A stretch of 64,000 bases of DNA, from the NCBI GenBank assembly GCA_002787695.1, contig PCXL01000011.1:138250-202249 (forward strand). The letters are read 5' to 3'. This stretch comes from Candidatus Zambryskibacteria bacterium CG10_big_fil_rev_8_21_14_0_10_42_12. GTDB lineage: Bacteria > Patescibacteriota > Minisyncoccia > Phycocordibacterales > 1-14-0-10-42-12. The notes beneath the pieces were generated by a model that was not told where the DNA came from, made no database searches, and worked only from the letters and a program-made list of their open reading frames with translations. The position numbers and the translations under genes were made by a program. Positions 26,188 to 35,687 of this stretch are shown here, piece by piece; position 1 is the first letter of the stretch, and every line of letters begins with the position of its first letter.

Positions 26188-26403
26188 ACAAAAAATAAAA
26201 ATATAATTGTAAGCCTTGGTAAAAATGTTTCTATTGTCGCAGGAATTGTACTTATCTGGAGAGGTATTTGGTATACGCTTGATAAAATAGATCTGGCCTT
26301 GTTTGGAGGTAGTCATGCATGGACAGCTATTGGTGGCATTATACTAGGGCTCATCATTCTTTATATCCCTGATGGCGATTGGCACGAAATTGAGAAACTT
26401 TAG
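26185..26403 (+). CDS. Hypothetical 72-aa 2-transmembrane membrane protein
   Basis: VSIVAGIVLIWRGIWY and WTAIGGIILGLIILYI. Its start codon sits inside the 3' arm of structured element A. Confidence 0.45.
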   Translation: MTKNKNIIVSLGKNVSIVAGIVLIWRGIWYTLDKIDLALFGGSHAWTAIGGIILGLIILYIPDGDWHEIEKL

Positions 26404-26420
26404 TATGAGCAATATGAACT

Positions 26421-26460
26421 AAGCCACAAAAAGAGCCTGACGAAGCCGTTTTTGTGGCTT
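26421..26460 (+). terminator. Intrinsic terminator
   Basis: aagccacaaaaa-gagcctgacgaagccg-tttttgtggctt. Confidence 0.65.
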
Positions 26461-26499
26461 ATTGGATACTGATCGCTCTAGTTTGGTACAATATAATAT

Positions 26500-27402
26500 A
26501 TGAAAAACGCAATTATTACATTGGTAGTCATTATTCTTATTGGCTTGGGGGTCTATATGTTTACTAGAGATAATGGAGAAGTGGTCGTACCGGAGGGCAA
26601 TGAAATTACAACTGAAAATGGTACACAATCAGAACAGGTACAAGATGAGACACGAACTGTTATCGGTCAGTCTGTAGAGGGTCGTGACATTGTTGCATAT
26701 CACTATACGTCGGATGCAACGACAACACCTGATACGAATGTATTGTTTGTCGGAGGTATTCACGGTGGATACGAATGGAATACAGCACTCGTTGCATTTG
26801 AGGCGATGGACTACTTTGAAAATAATCCAAATAATATTCCAGACAATGTTCGCGTGACAGTTATCCCTGTATTGAACCCAGATGGTCTTAACAAAATCGT
26901 AGGGACCAGCAGTCAATTCACAAAGGCGTATGTACGAAGTGGCGTAGATACAGTACCCGGCAGATTTAATGCAAACAATGTAGATCTCAACCGTAACTTT
27001 GATTGTGATTGGCAGGCGAAAGGTACGTGGCAGGACAAAACGGTGGATGCGGGAGACAGTGTGTTTTCTGAACCAGAAAGCCGCGCTATTCGTGATTATG
27101 TAAATGCAAATAACCCGGATGCAGTAATTGTCTGGTACAGCGCAGCGGGTGGGGTGTTTGCATCAAGTTGTCACAACGGCGTTCTTCCTGAGACACTCGC
27201 ACTTACCAATGCCTTTGCAAAAGCTTCTGGTTACAGAGCATACGAAGAATTCAACTTCTACGAAATTACCGGAGATATGGTGAACTGGCTTGCAAAAGAA
27301 AATGTACCTGCAATCAGTGTCCTTCTTACCACACATACAGATACAGAATGGAGTAAAAACCAAAAAGGTATTGATGCAATCTTAGAATATTACGCAGAAT
27401 AG
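26500..27402 (+). CDS. M14-family zinc carboxypeptidase-like protein (paralog 1), membrane-anchored
   Basis: HGGYEWN (HxxE zinc ligands), NRNFDCDWQ (the NRNF arginine motif) and FSEPESRAIRDY (substrate-binding) motifs, with an N-terminal transmembrane helix. Confidence 0.7.
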   Translation: MKNAIITLVVIILIGLGVYMFTRDNGEVVVPEGNEITTENGTQSEQVQDETRTVIGQSVEGRDIVAYHYTSDATTTPDTNVLFVGGIHGGYEWNTALVAFEAMDYFENNPNNIPDNVRVTVIPVLNPDGLNKIVGTSSQFTKAYVRSGVDTVPGRFNANNVDLNRNFDCDWQAKGTWQDKTVDAGDSVFSEPESRAIRDYVNANNPDAVIVWYSAAGGVFASSCHNGVLPETLALTNAFAKASGYRAYEEFNFYEITGDMVNWLAKENVPAISVLLTTHTDTEWSKNQKGIDAILEYYAE

Positions 27403-28272
27403 ATGAATCTTACTTCTAAAACAAAATTTGGTGTAGTCGCAATCCTGCTAATAATAATTGGCGGGATTGTGTGGTTTGTAAATACACGCCCGGAGCCGAT
27501 TGTGGTGCCGGAAGTCGTGGAAGAGCCGACATATTCAGAACAGGTAATTGGCACATCGGTTGAAGGGCGCGAGATCGAAGCTATTTCATTTGGAAATGGC
27601 GAGAGGAAGCTACTTTTTGTGGGAGGTATTCATGGCGGATACGAGTGGAATAGTGTGTATTTGGCATATCGTGCCATTGATTATCTCAAGGAAAATCCAA
27701 TGATAGTACCAGCGGATGTGCAAGTTACTATTATTCCGAATCTCAACCCTGACGGACTATATATAGGTATTGGTGCTGAAGGGCGCTTTGATCCAAACAC
27801 AACGCCTTCTATAGAAGAAACTGTTTCGGGCAGGTTCAATGCAAATGACGTTGATCTCAATCGCAATTTTGATTGCAAATGGCAGCCATCTGCAACATGG
27901 CGAAGTGCAACTATCAGCGCTGGTGATGCGCCATTTTCAGAACCGGAAGCGAGAATATTGCGAGACTATATTTTAGAGACAAATCCAGACCTCGTAACAT
28001 TTTGGCACAGTCAAGGGGGAGCGGTGTATGGGGCGGAGTGTGAAGAAGAAATTTTGCCGGCAACCAAACAAGCTGTGGATCTGTACGCAACAGCATCAGG
28101 ATACAGTGGGCACGATGTTTTCGACGCCTATCCGGTAACGGGCGATGCCGAAGCGTGGCTTGCATCAATCGGTATCCCGGCGATTACGGTAGAGCTCGAA
28201 ACTCATGAGACTATTGAATGGAATCAAAATTTAGCGGGAATCAAAGCGTTGTTGCAATATTACGGAAAATAG
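27403..28272 (+). CDS. M14-family zinc carboxypeptidase-like protein (paralog 2), membrane-anchored
   Basis: Same motifs as the upstream paralog (GGIHGGYEWN, DLNRNFDCKWQ, FSEPEARILRDY). The two are tandem and abutting (stop at 27402, start at 27403). Confidence 0.7.
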   Translation: MNLTSKTKFGVVAILLIIIGGIVWFVNTRPEPIVVPEVVEEPTYSEQVIGTSVEGREIEAISFGNGERKLLFVGGIHGGYEWNSVYLAYRAIDYLKENPMIVPADVQVTIIPNLNPDGLYIGIGAEGRFDPNTTPSIEETVSGRFNANDVDLNRNFDCKWQPSATWRSATISAGDAPFSEPEARILRDYILETNPDLVTFWHSQGGAVYGAECEEEILPATKQAVDLYATASGYSGHDVFDAYPVTGDAEAWLASIGIPAITVELETHETIEWNQNLAGIKALLQYYGK

Positions 28273-28278
28273 AATTGT

Positions 28279-30021
28279 ATGCAACTCCTTTTCGCTGAGG
28301 TTAAAAAATATAAGAAGACGCTTGCGGGCGCGCTTGTGCTTGCGACTGTCAACCAGGTTTTTTCTTTGCTTGATCCGCAGATTTTCCGAATTATTATTGA
28401 TAACTATGCGACAAGAGTTACAGAGCTTACGAGGCAAGAATTTCTAACTGGAGTACTCCTTATGCTCCTCGCCTACATGGGTGTTGCATTTATTTCTCGG
28501 ACTGCAAAAGCGTTTCAAGACTACTATACGAATGTCATGACCCAGCGAGTTGGGACCAACCTCTACGCGCAAAGTGTTGCGCATGCATTTTCACTTCCGT
28601 TTTCCGTTTTTGAAGACGAGAGGAGTGGAGAGCTTCTCAATAAATTGCAGAAGGCGCGTACCGATACTCAGACACTCATTCAAAATTTGGTGAATATTTT
28701 GTTTCTCTCAGTTATTGGTATTGTTTTTGTGCTTATTTACGCGGCGACTATACATTGGCTCATTGGACTTGTATTTTTCTTGATGATTCCAACACTCGGA
28801 TTCATTATTTTTTTCTTGAGCAAGAAGATAAAGGAAGCGCAGGCAATGATCGTGAAAGAAACTGCTGCACTTTCAGGGTCTACGACGGAGACACTTCGTA
28901 ATGTAGAGCTGGTAAAGAGTTTAGGGCTTGAGGGGCAAGAAATCGGACGACTAAACTCTGTAAACGAAAAAATTCTTGACCTTGAGCTCAAGAAAGTGCA
29001 AATGGTGAGAAAGCTCGATTATATCCAGGGCACACTCATCAATGCGCTCCGGAGCCTTGTATTGTTTGTCATCCTCTGGCTTGTCTTTACACAGGTGGTC
29101 TCAATCGGTGAGTTTTTGACACTGTGGATCTATACATTTTTCGTCTTCGGGCCGCTCTCTATGATAGGCCAGGTGACCGCTTCATATCAGGAGGCCAAGG
29201 CGAGTTTGGAACAGCTTGAAGCAGTATTTAAGATAAAGCCCGAACCAGTGCCGGCTGATGCGGTGCGTATCGAACACGTGGAGTCTGTGGCTTACGAACA
29301 GGTATCACTCTCCTATGAAGAGAAAGGCAAAGCGGCACTAGATGGTATTAGTCTCAACATCAAAGCGGGAGAGACGGTGGCGTTTGTTGGCCCATCTGGA
29401 TCCGGAAAAAGTACCATGGTGAAATTACTTGCAGGATTGTATACACCTACGGAAGGTACGATACGTATCAATGATACTGACATGCGCAAGCTTGATATCA
29501 CCAGTCTCCGCCATAAAGTGGGACTTGTGGTGCAAGAAACGCAGTTGTTTGCCGGAACACTTCGAGAAAATTTGTTGTTTGTAAAACCAGACGCAACAGA
29601 TGAGCGGTGTTTGGAAGTTTTGAAAGCGGCACAAGCGCAGAGCATTCTAGACCGCGGAGAAGGACTCGATACGGTTATTGGTGAAGGAGGTATCAAACTT
29701 TCTGGTGGAGAAAAGCAGCGTCTTGCTATTGCGCGAGCACTTTTGCGTGATCCTGATTTGATCGTCTTTGATGAAGCAACATCGAGCCTTGATTCAATCA
29801 CAGAAAAATCTATCACCGATACCATTAAAAAAATTGAAGAGACGCATCCGAATATGATCAAGGTGCTTGTGGCACACAGACTTTCAACGATTATGCATGC
29901 CGATCGGATTTACGTATTTGAAAAAGGGAAAATTGTAGAGATGGGCCGACATGATGAACTTGTTCAACGCGGCGGCCTTTACAACGCCCTCTGGCGCGAA
30001 CAGATAGCAGCAAACTCATAG
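28279..30021 (+). CDS. ABC transporter, fused permease/ATPase (MsbA/exporter type)
   Basis: Six-transmembrane N-terminal domain, then Walker A GPSGSGKST, the LSGGEKQRLAIARA signature, Walker B LIVFDEATSSLD and an H-loop. Confidence 0.9.
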   Translation: MQLLFAEVKKYKKTLAGALVLATVNQVFSLLDPQIFRIIIDNYATRVTELTRQEFLTGVLLMLLAYMGVAFISRTAKAFQDYYTNVMTQRVGTNLYAQSVAHAFSLPFSVFEDERSGELLNKLQKARTDTQTLIQNLVNILFLSVIGIVFVLIYAATIHWLIGLVFFLMIPTLGFIIFFLSKKIKEAQAMIVKETAALSGSTTETLRNVELVKSLGLEGQEIGRLNSVNEKILDLELKKVQMVRKLDYIQGTLINALRSLVLFVILWLVFTQVVSIGEFLTLWIYTFFVFGPLSMIGQVTASYQEAKASLEQLEAVFKIKPEPVPADAVRIEHVESVAYEQVSLSYEEKGKAALDGISLNIKAGETVAFVGPSGSGKSTMVKLLAGLYTPTEGTIRINDTDMRKLDITSLRHKVGLVVQETQLFAGTLRENLLFVKPDATDERCLEVLKAAQAQSILDRGEGLDTVIGEGGIKLSGGEKQRLAIARALLRDPDLIVFDEATSSLDSITEKSITDTIKKIEETHPNMIKVLVAHRLSTIMHADRIYVFEKGKIVEMGRHDELVQRGGLYNALWREQIAANS

Positions 30022-30156
30022 ACAATAATGAATATGAAAACGATCATTGTCATGATCACCGAATTTATTTTGTGGAGAAATCTGTAAAAAGAGCACAATA
30101 ATTAGGTTACGATACGACAAGTATTATGATCTGATTTCTGATATTATCAATATAGT

Positions 30157-30903
30157 ATGAAAACATTTTATATTATTTTAGGTATATTACTCGTAGTATT
30201 AGGTGGTTTTTGGCTATTGGGTAGTAGGGAGGCTGGGGACGATACTCAGAACATAACGACAGAATTAACAGAATATTTTGCAGAGAGAATGACAACCCTT
30301 GGCGTACGTGGAGGCATGATGCCGATTGAAGGATTTGATGCAGGGCTACTTATAGGAGCATTTCCAGGATTGATAAAAGCTGACTTTCAGGACGTGGAGA
30401 CATTTGAAGGCCACTATGAGATTCAGGCGGGAGAATTGGTATTTGTTCGAGATCAAGAACAGCCAATTTCTTCAGCTGAACGAACAGTCTCTAATGAAGG
30501 ATATGGTACATTACTGCAAAACCTGTCTACACGTCTTGATATGACTGTAAACTCTGAGAGTGATATTGATGCAATTATTGATACTATTAATATCAGTGAG
30601 ATAATTGAAACAAAGATTGATCAAGGTGCATCCGCCTACAGCATCACAATAGTTCCTCAGGAAGTACTAGAGGACAGCAGGTGTCCAATAGATGTTGAAT
30701 GTATTCAAGCAGGAACAGTGAGGGTAAAAGCGGTGGTAGAGAGTGATACAGGATCTGCAGAATATATATTTGAACCATTTAGTACGCTTACAATTGATGC
30801 GATAGATGTAACTCTTGTGCAGGTTGCACCCATGCCGGAAAGTGGAGTGACGATTGATCAAGATACATACGCATTTGTCTTTGAAGTTGTTGATAGAACG
30901 TAG
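30157..30903 (+). CDS. Hypothetical secreted protein
   Basis: N-terminal transmembrane/signal segment YIILGILLVVLGGFWLL and no recognised domain. Confidence 0.4.
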   Translation: MKTFYIILGILLVVLGGFWLLGSREAGDDTQNITTELTEYFAERMTTLGVRGGMMPIEGFDAGLLIGAFPGLIKADFQDVETFEGHYEIQAGELVFVRDQEQPISSAERTVSNEGYGTLLQNLSTRLDMTVNSESDIDAIIDTINISEIIETKIDQGASAYSITIVPQEVLEDSRCPIDVECIQAGTVRVKAVVESDTGSAEYIFEPFSTLTIDAIDVTLVQVAPMPESGVTIDQDTYAFVFEVVDRT

Positions 30904-30980
30904 AACCATACACCGCGCACGCGGTGTATAGTCCTAACTTCTTCATGAAAAATTCATATGAATAGCATTAATATAAAGGT

Positions 30981-31652
30981 ATGCGCATAGCACTTGTTGA
31001 AGATGAGGAAAAATTGGCAGACGTATTAAGTAATGGACTGGAACAAAAAGGGTATGCAGTAGATGTGTTTCATCACGGAGATAAAGCACTTAAGCATATG
31101 TCTGTTAACCATGCAGATTATGATGTAATGCTCCTGGATTTAATGTTGCCTGGTGCAGATGGCTTAACGATATGTAAGTCTCTTCGTGATGTGGGATCCA
31201 CGATACCAATTTTGATTCTCACTGCGCGTGACGAGATTGACACCAAGGTTGATCTGTTGATGACAGGTGCAGACGATTATATTGTTAAACCTTTTTCATT
31301 CAATGAGCTTGTGGCTCGTATCGCGGCAATTTCACGTAGACCTACGCATATGTCTCCTACAAAGCTTGTGGTAGGAGGTATTGTATTAGATCCCAAGACA
31401 CGTACCGTCAAAAAGGATGGTAAAGAAGTGCCACTTACACTAAAAGAGTTTGTGATGCTCGAATATTTTATGAAAAGACCAAATGAAGTCGTAAACAGAG
31501 AAGATCTATTGACTCATTTATGGGATTTTAATTTTTCATCATTTAGCAATGTAGTCGATGTCCATGTTAAAAACCTTAGGAAAAAGCTTGGTGATGATAA
31601 CCAAGACATATTGGAGACAATTCGCGGGGTGGGTTATCGCCTTAAAGCATAA
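30981..31652 (+). CDS. Two-component response regulator, OmpR/PhoB family
   Basis: Receiver domain (LVEDEE, LLDLMLPGADG, TARDE, DDYIVKPF) plus a winged-helix DNA-binding domain (VVDVHVKNLRKKLG...TIRGVGYRL). Confidence 0.9.
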   Translation: MRIALVEDEEKLADVLSNGLEQKGYAVDVFHHGDKALKHMSVNHADYDVMLLDLMLPGADGLTICKSLRDVGSTIPILILTARDEIDTKVDLLMTGADDYIVKPFSFNELVARIAAISRRPTHMSPTKLVVGGIVLDPKTRTVKKDGKEVPLTLKEFVMLEYFMKRPNEVVNREDLLTHLWDFNFSSFSNVVDVHVKNLRKKLGDDNQDILETIRGVGYRLKA

Positions 31653-32727
31653 ATACGGCACCGATCCATTTTTCAAGACTGAATTTAATGTTGTCAGTTT
31701 ACAAATATTATTTGCGACATGTTTAATCATCATTGTTGCAATTTATTTCAATAGTCTCTTTCAAGATACTACGGAGTCATTATTGGAAAATATTATTTCT
31801 GTTGTAGAAGGGAGACAAAATGTTGATTCTGCGAGCATCATCGAATTATCGCGGCAAGAAATGAAAAAAAGTCTCTTTTCTTTTTTTGGTGTTGCTATAG
31901 CACTGACAGTTGTATTTAGTTATGTGATCGGACGTATTACGCTCAAGCCAGCTCGAACTGCTCTCAAAACGCAAAAACGGTTTATTAGTGATATTGCACA
32001 CGAACTCAGGACACCAATTTCTGTGATTAAGACGAATATTGAAGTAACGCTCATTGATCAAAACATTGACCCGCGTATTAAAGCAATGCTTGAAAGTAAT
32101 ATTGAAGAACTTGACCGGACATCAGAAATTATCAATAACCTTCTCAGTTTTAACCAATTAATTCGTCCAGGTAAGATGCGGTTTGCAGAGGTGCATGTGG
32201 GACACGTAATCGATAAAAGTGTGGCACACCTTAAGCAGTTGGCAGCGAAGAAGCATATTGAAATCACTGTACATAAAGTTGAATCGTGCGTTGTTTTTGG
32301 TAATGCTACGGCAATTGAGCAAATAGTGACTAATTTGGTAAAAAATGCGATTACGTATACTTCTGATGGTGGTTTTATAAAAATAGTGGTGGAACCGTAT
32401 TATGGAGAAAACGTACTTATTTCGGTGGAGGATACTGGGGTAGGTATATCACAAGATGATTTGGCGCATATATTTGAACCATTTTATCGTGCGGAGCGAT
32501 CACGAAACAAAAATATAGGTTCTGGCGGCAGTGGTCTTGGTCTCACAATCGTGAGTGAGCTTGTAAAGTTACATTCAGGTAGAATTTCAATTCGTAGTTA
32601 TCCTAATAAAGGTACAACTGTTAACGTGCTGTTGCCTATTAATAATGCTACGCATCTACGCATTAAGGAAAAAGTTAACCAGAAAAATGAAGTTACGGTT
32701 GATTTTTATAATACACACAATACGTAA
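31558..32727 (+). CDS. Sensor histidine kinase (HisKA + HATPase_c), membrane-bound
   Basis: H-box ISDIAHELRTPISVI, N-box LVKNAITYT, and G boxes DTGVGI and GGSGLGLTIV, with two N-terminal transmembrane helices. The start is uncertain (the ORF overlaps the response-regulator 3' end); a later Met such as 31591 is possible. Confidence 0.85.
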   Translation: MSMLKTLGKSLVMITKTYWRQFAGWVIALKHKYGTDPFFKTEFNVVSLQILFATCLIIIVAIYFNSLFQDTTESLLENIISVVEGRQNVDSASIIELSRQEMKKSLFSFFGVAIALTVVFSYVIGRITLKPARTALKTQKRFISDIAHELRTPISVIKTNIEVTLIDQNIDPRIKAMLESNIEELDRTSEIINNLLSFNQLIRPGKMRFAEVHVGHVIDKSVAHLKQLAAKKHIEITVHKVESCVVFGNATAIEQIVTNLVKNAITYTSDGGFIKIVVEPYYGENVLISVEDTGVGISQDDLAHIFEPFYRAERSRNKNIGSGGSGLGLTIVSELVKLHSGRISIRSYPNKGTTVNVLLPINNATHLRIKEKVNQKNEVTVDFYNTHNT

Positions 32728-32944
32728 CTTTGTTTCATATTTTCTTCACGCACTATCTTTATAATAAGAAACAGAACAGATGGTGCACTCTGTAAGTTCC
32801 TATCTATTACTTGACTAATAAATTACCAAATTACTTATTGGTTTTATAATATTCTTTATATAATATGAAATACGTAAACACTATGGTGTGTGCGTGTGGT
32901 GTTTTAGAAGGTGGTGTGCATATATACACAATTAGCAATTTGTA

Positions 32945-32982
32945 GGGGAGGTCACGCGTTGTTCGCCACGCGTGACCTCCCC
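32945..32982 (+). terminator. Very stable 14-bp perfect hairpin (ggggaggtcacgcg / cgcgtgacctcccc) followed by gcttttata, about 70 nt upstream of typA
   Basis: Perfect GC-rich inverted repeat with a 10-nt loop and a T-rich tail on the + strand only. It is either the terminator of an upstream transcript or small RNA, or an attenuator in the typA leader. Confidence 0.55.
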
Positions 32983-33054
32983 GCTTTTATATACTCCTTC
33001 CTAAAATTGCATAAATATGCTTTAATTCACCTCTTTGTGCAAAAGCACTAAGGG

Positions 33055-34854
33055 GTGAATTACATTATGGAAATCAGAAACATAGCCATTATTGCTCACG
33101 TTGACCACGGTAAGACTACGCTTACTGATGCTTTAATGCGTGAGACCGGAATGGTTGAAGAAGGAGTGAGTATGGACTCAAATACGCTTGAAAAGGAGCG
33201 CGGTATTACGATTTACTCAAAAAATACCTCAATCAACTACAAAGGGACGAAGATAAATATTGTTGATACACCAGGACACGCCGACTTTAGTTCAGAGGTT
33301 GAGCGTGTACTCCGGTCTATCGATTCTGTCGTGTTGCTTGTTGACGCACAGGAAGGTCCTATGCCACAGACTCGGTTTGTGCTCAAAAAATCTCTTGAAC
33401 TCGGCCATAAGCCTATTGTCGTACTTAACAAAATAGACAAACCGGCCGCAGACCCAAAACGAGTGCATGACGAAATCCTAGAGCTCTTTTTTGATCTGGG
33501 AGCAAGTGAGAACCAGGTAGAATTTACTACGGTCTATGCTATTGGCCGCGATGGTGTAGCGATGAAAAACATCGACGATGAACGAAAGAATCTCGAACCA
33601 TTACTCGATGTGATTCTTGAAGAAGTTCCTGCGGCTTCAGGTAAGAATGATGCGCCTCTCCGTGCCCAACCATTTAACCTCGGATACGATAACTTCCTTG
33701 GACGTCTCGCTATTGCACGTGTCTATGAAGGAACACTCTCCGTCGGAGATCAGGTATTTAGGCACAAAGTTTCTGGAGGTGTTGAGAAAGGAAAAATCAC
33801 GAAATTATTTACCTTTGAAGGGCTTACTCGAAGAGAAGTTAATACTGTCGAATCGGGTGATATTGTAATGATCGCTGGTATACCAGAGGTTTATATTGGA
33901 GATACTATTTCAAAAGACGAGAACACAGAACCGCTACCAGCTATTTCGGTTGATGAACCAACCATTGCGCTGACATTTTTAGTAAACGATTCTCCATTTG
34001 CAGGACGAGAAGGCAAATTTGTCACTGGTCGACAGATTCGTGAACGACTGGAAAAAGAACTTGAAGTAAATGTCGGACTCAAAGTATTTTTCATAGATGA
34101 TGGGATTAAGGTGTTGGGTCGTGGTGAACTTCATATTGCAATTTTACTTGAAAACATGAGCCGTGAAGGGTATGAGGTACAAGTCTCACAACCACAAGTT
34201 ATTATTAAAAACATTCTCGGTGTACGAAAAGAGCCGTTTGAAGAAGTGACTATTGATGTACCAGCGGGTGTCGAAGGATCTATCATTGAAAAGCTTTCAA
34301 AGCGAGGATCTATCATGACCAATATGAAGCAGGATGGAAACGTCGTGCGCCTGACCTTTGAAGGACCAACACGAGGACTTCTCGGATATCGTGGTCAGTT
34401 TATTGTTGATACAAAAGGTGAAGGTATTTTTGCGTCTCGTGTGATTGGCTTTAAACCATACGCAGGTGTTATCGAGAAACGACAAGTTGGCTCTATGATA
34501 TCTATGGAAAATGGTAAGGCGCTTGCTTTTGCACTCGACAACCTTCAGACACGCGGAACACTTTATATCGAACCGGGAACAGAAGTATACGAAGGTATGG
34601 TTGTAGGTAACACCGTCAAAGGAGAAGAAATGACAGTGAATCCAACGAAAGGAAAACAGCTCACTAACATGCGTGCATCTGGGTCTGACGGCTCTGTTTA
34701 TCTCAATCCTGCACTTAAAATAACTATTGAACGAGGACTTGAGATCATGTCTGATGACGAATATCTCGAAGTGACTCCTAAAAACGTCCGCCTCCGTAAA
34801 AAATATCTCACCGAAACAGAGCGTAAGAAGCATGAGAGGAAGAGTGAAGTATAG
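33055..34854 (+). CDS. typA: Translational GTPase TypA/BipA
   Basis: IAIIAHVDHGKTTLTDALM, DTPGHADF and NKIDK G-motifs. The domain order and 599-aa length match BipA. The start may be 33067 (MEIRN). Confidence 0.9.
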   Translation: MNYIMEIRNIAIIAHVDHGKTTLTDALMRETGMVEEGVSMDSNTLEKERGITIYSKNTSINYKGTKINIVDTPGHADFSSEVERVLRSIDSVVLLVDAQEGPMPQTRFVLKKSLELGHKPIVVLNKIDKPAADPKRVHDEILELFFDLGASENQVEFTTVYAIGRDGVAMKNIDDERKNLEPLLDVILEEVPAASGKNDAPLRAQPFNLGYDNFLGRLAIARVYEGTLSVGDQVFRHKVSGGVEKGKITKLFTFEGLTRREVNTVESGDIVMIAGIPEVYIGDTISKDENTEPLPAISVDEPTIALTFLVNDSPFAGREGKFVTGRQIRERLEKELEVNVGLKVFFIDDGIKVLGRGELHIAILLENMSREGYEVQVSQPQVIIKNILGVRKEPFEEVTIDVPAGVEGSIIEKLSKRGSIMTNMKQDGNVVRLTFEGPTRGLLGYRGQFIVDTKGEGIFASRVIGFKPYAGVIEKRQVGSMISMENGKALAFALDNLQTRGTLYIEPGTEVYEGMVVGNTVKGEEMTVNPTKGKQLTNMRASGSDGSVYLNPALKITIERGLEIMSDDEYLEVTPKNVRLRKKYLTETERKKHERKSEV

Positions 34855-34901
34855 ACACATCCTGATAATCAAATGTAAATAGGAGAAAATAAAACGTAAT
34901 T

Positions 34902-35687
34902 ATGGATCCTAATATAAAGTTAAATAGGGCACGAAAACGCCTTGATGAGCTTCAAATCTGGATCGATAAGTATTTTTCTGTGACTCCATATAAAGTGTCA
35001 GTGCGTACCAACTCAGAAAATAGATCAGAATATTACCTGTGTGACGTAGTACCTGTTCCGGTCGATATTACATTACTGGCTTGTGAAGTCATACAAAACT
35101 TAAGAAGTTCACTAGATCATCTTGTGTATAAAGCTTTTAAAACTGATCCTGCAAATAATAAAAAGGATGGGTCACGTATTTGTTTTCCCATAAATGATAG
35201 TAAAGAAGGATATGATCTTGAAAAGAATAAAAAAATTGTAGGTGTGCCACAAGCAATTAGAGACAAAATTGACGTGTATAAACCGTATAAAGAAGGAAAT
35301 ATTATACTTTGGCAGCTACATAAGCTAAATAATATTGATAAACACCGCTTACCTGTGACGGTTGGTTCAAGAAATGGTGGGGTTGATATAATGCCTAGTA
35401 TTTTGCAGACAATGGGCGCAATAACAAATCTAAAAAAATTTGATGAACTTCAAAAAAATACGGGACCACTTTATCTTGTTCCCTCTGACAATTCTCCAGT
35501 AAAGAAGGGAGATATACTCTTCGTTGATTTACCGGGTAAATCTCCGATACAAATGGATTTCCAATTTTTCATAACTTTTTATGAGCCTGGAATAATAATG
35601 GGAAGTGAAATTAAAATAACTCTAGAAAGTATGTATTCGGAAGTATCAAAAATCGTGCGTGAAGTTAATGAATTGTTTGTTGTTTAG
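34902..35687 (+). CDS. Hypothetical protein in a low-GC island, with a candidate N-terminal HEPN-like Rx4H motif (LRSSLDHLVYKAF)
   Basis: 261 aa and about 35% GC against roughly 43% for the window. No family recognised. The R-x4-H motif and a predicted alpha-helical N-terminus suggest HEPN. Confidence 0.4.
   Translation: MDPNIKLNRARKRLDELQIWIDKYFSVTPYKVSVRTNSENRSEYYLCDVVPVPVDITLLACEVIQNLRSSLDHLVYKAFKTDPANNKKDGSRICFPINDSKEGYDLEKNKKIVGVPQAIRDKIDVYKPYKEGNIILWQLHKLNNIDKHRLPVTVGSRNGGVDIMPSILQTMGAITNLKKFDELQKNTGPLYLVPSDNSPVKKGDILFVDLPGKSPIQMDFQFFITFYEPGIIMGSEIKITLESMYSEVSKIVREVNELFVV

Noticed and set aside
32800-32870. A sigma70-type promoter call (TTGACT...TATAAT) upstream of the typA hairpin
   Set aside because: Spacings between candidate -35 and -10 hexamers are 11, 19 or 28 nt, not 16-18. 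CPR promoter consensus is unknown. The region was left as AT-rich, promoter-like only.
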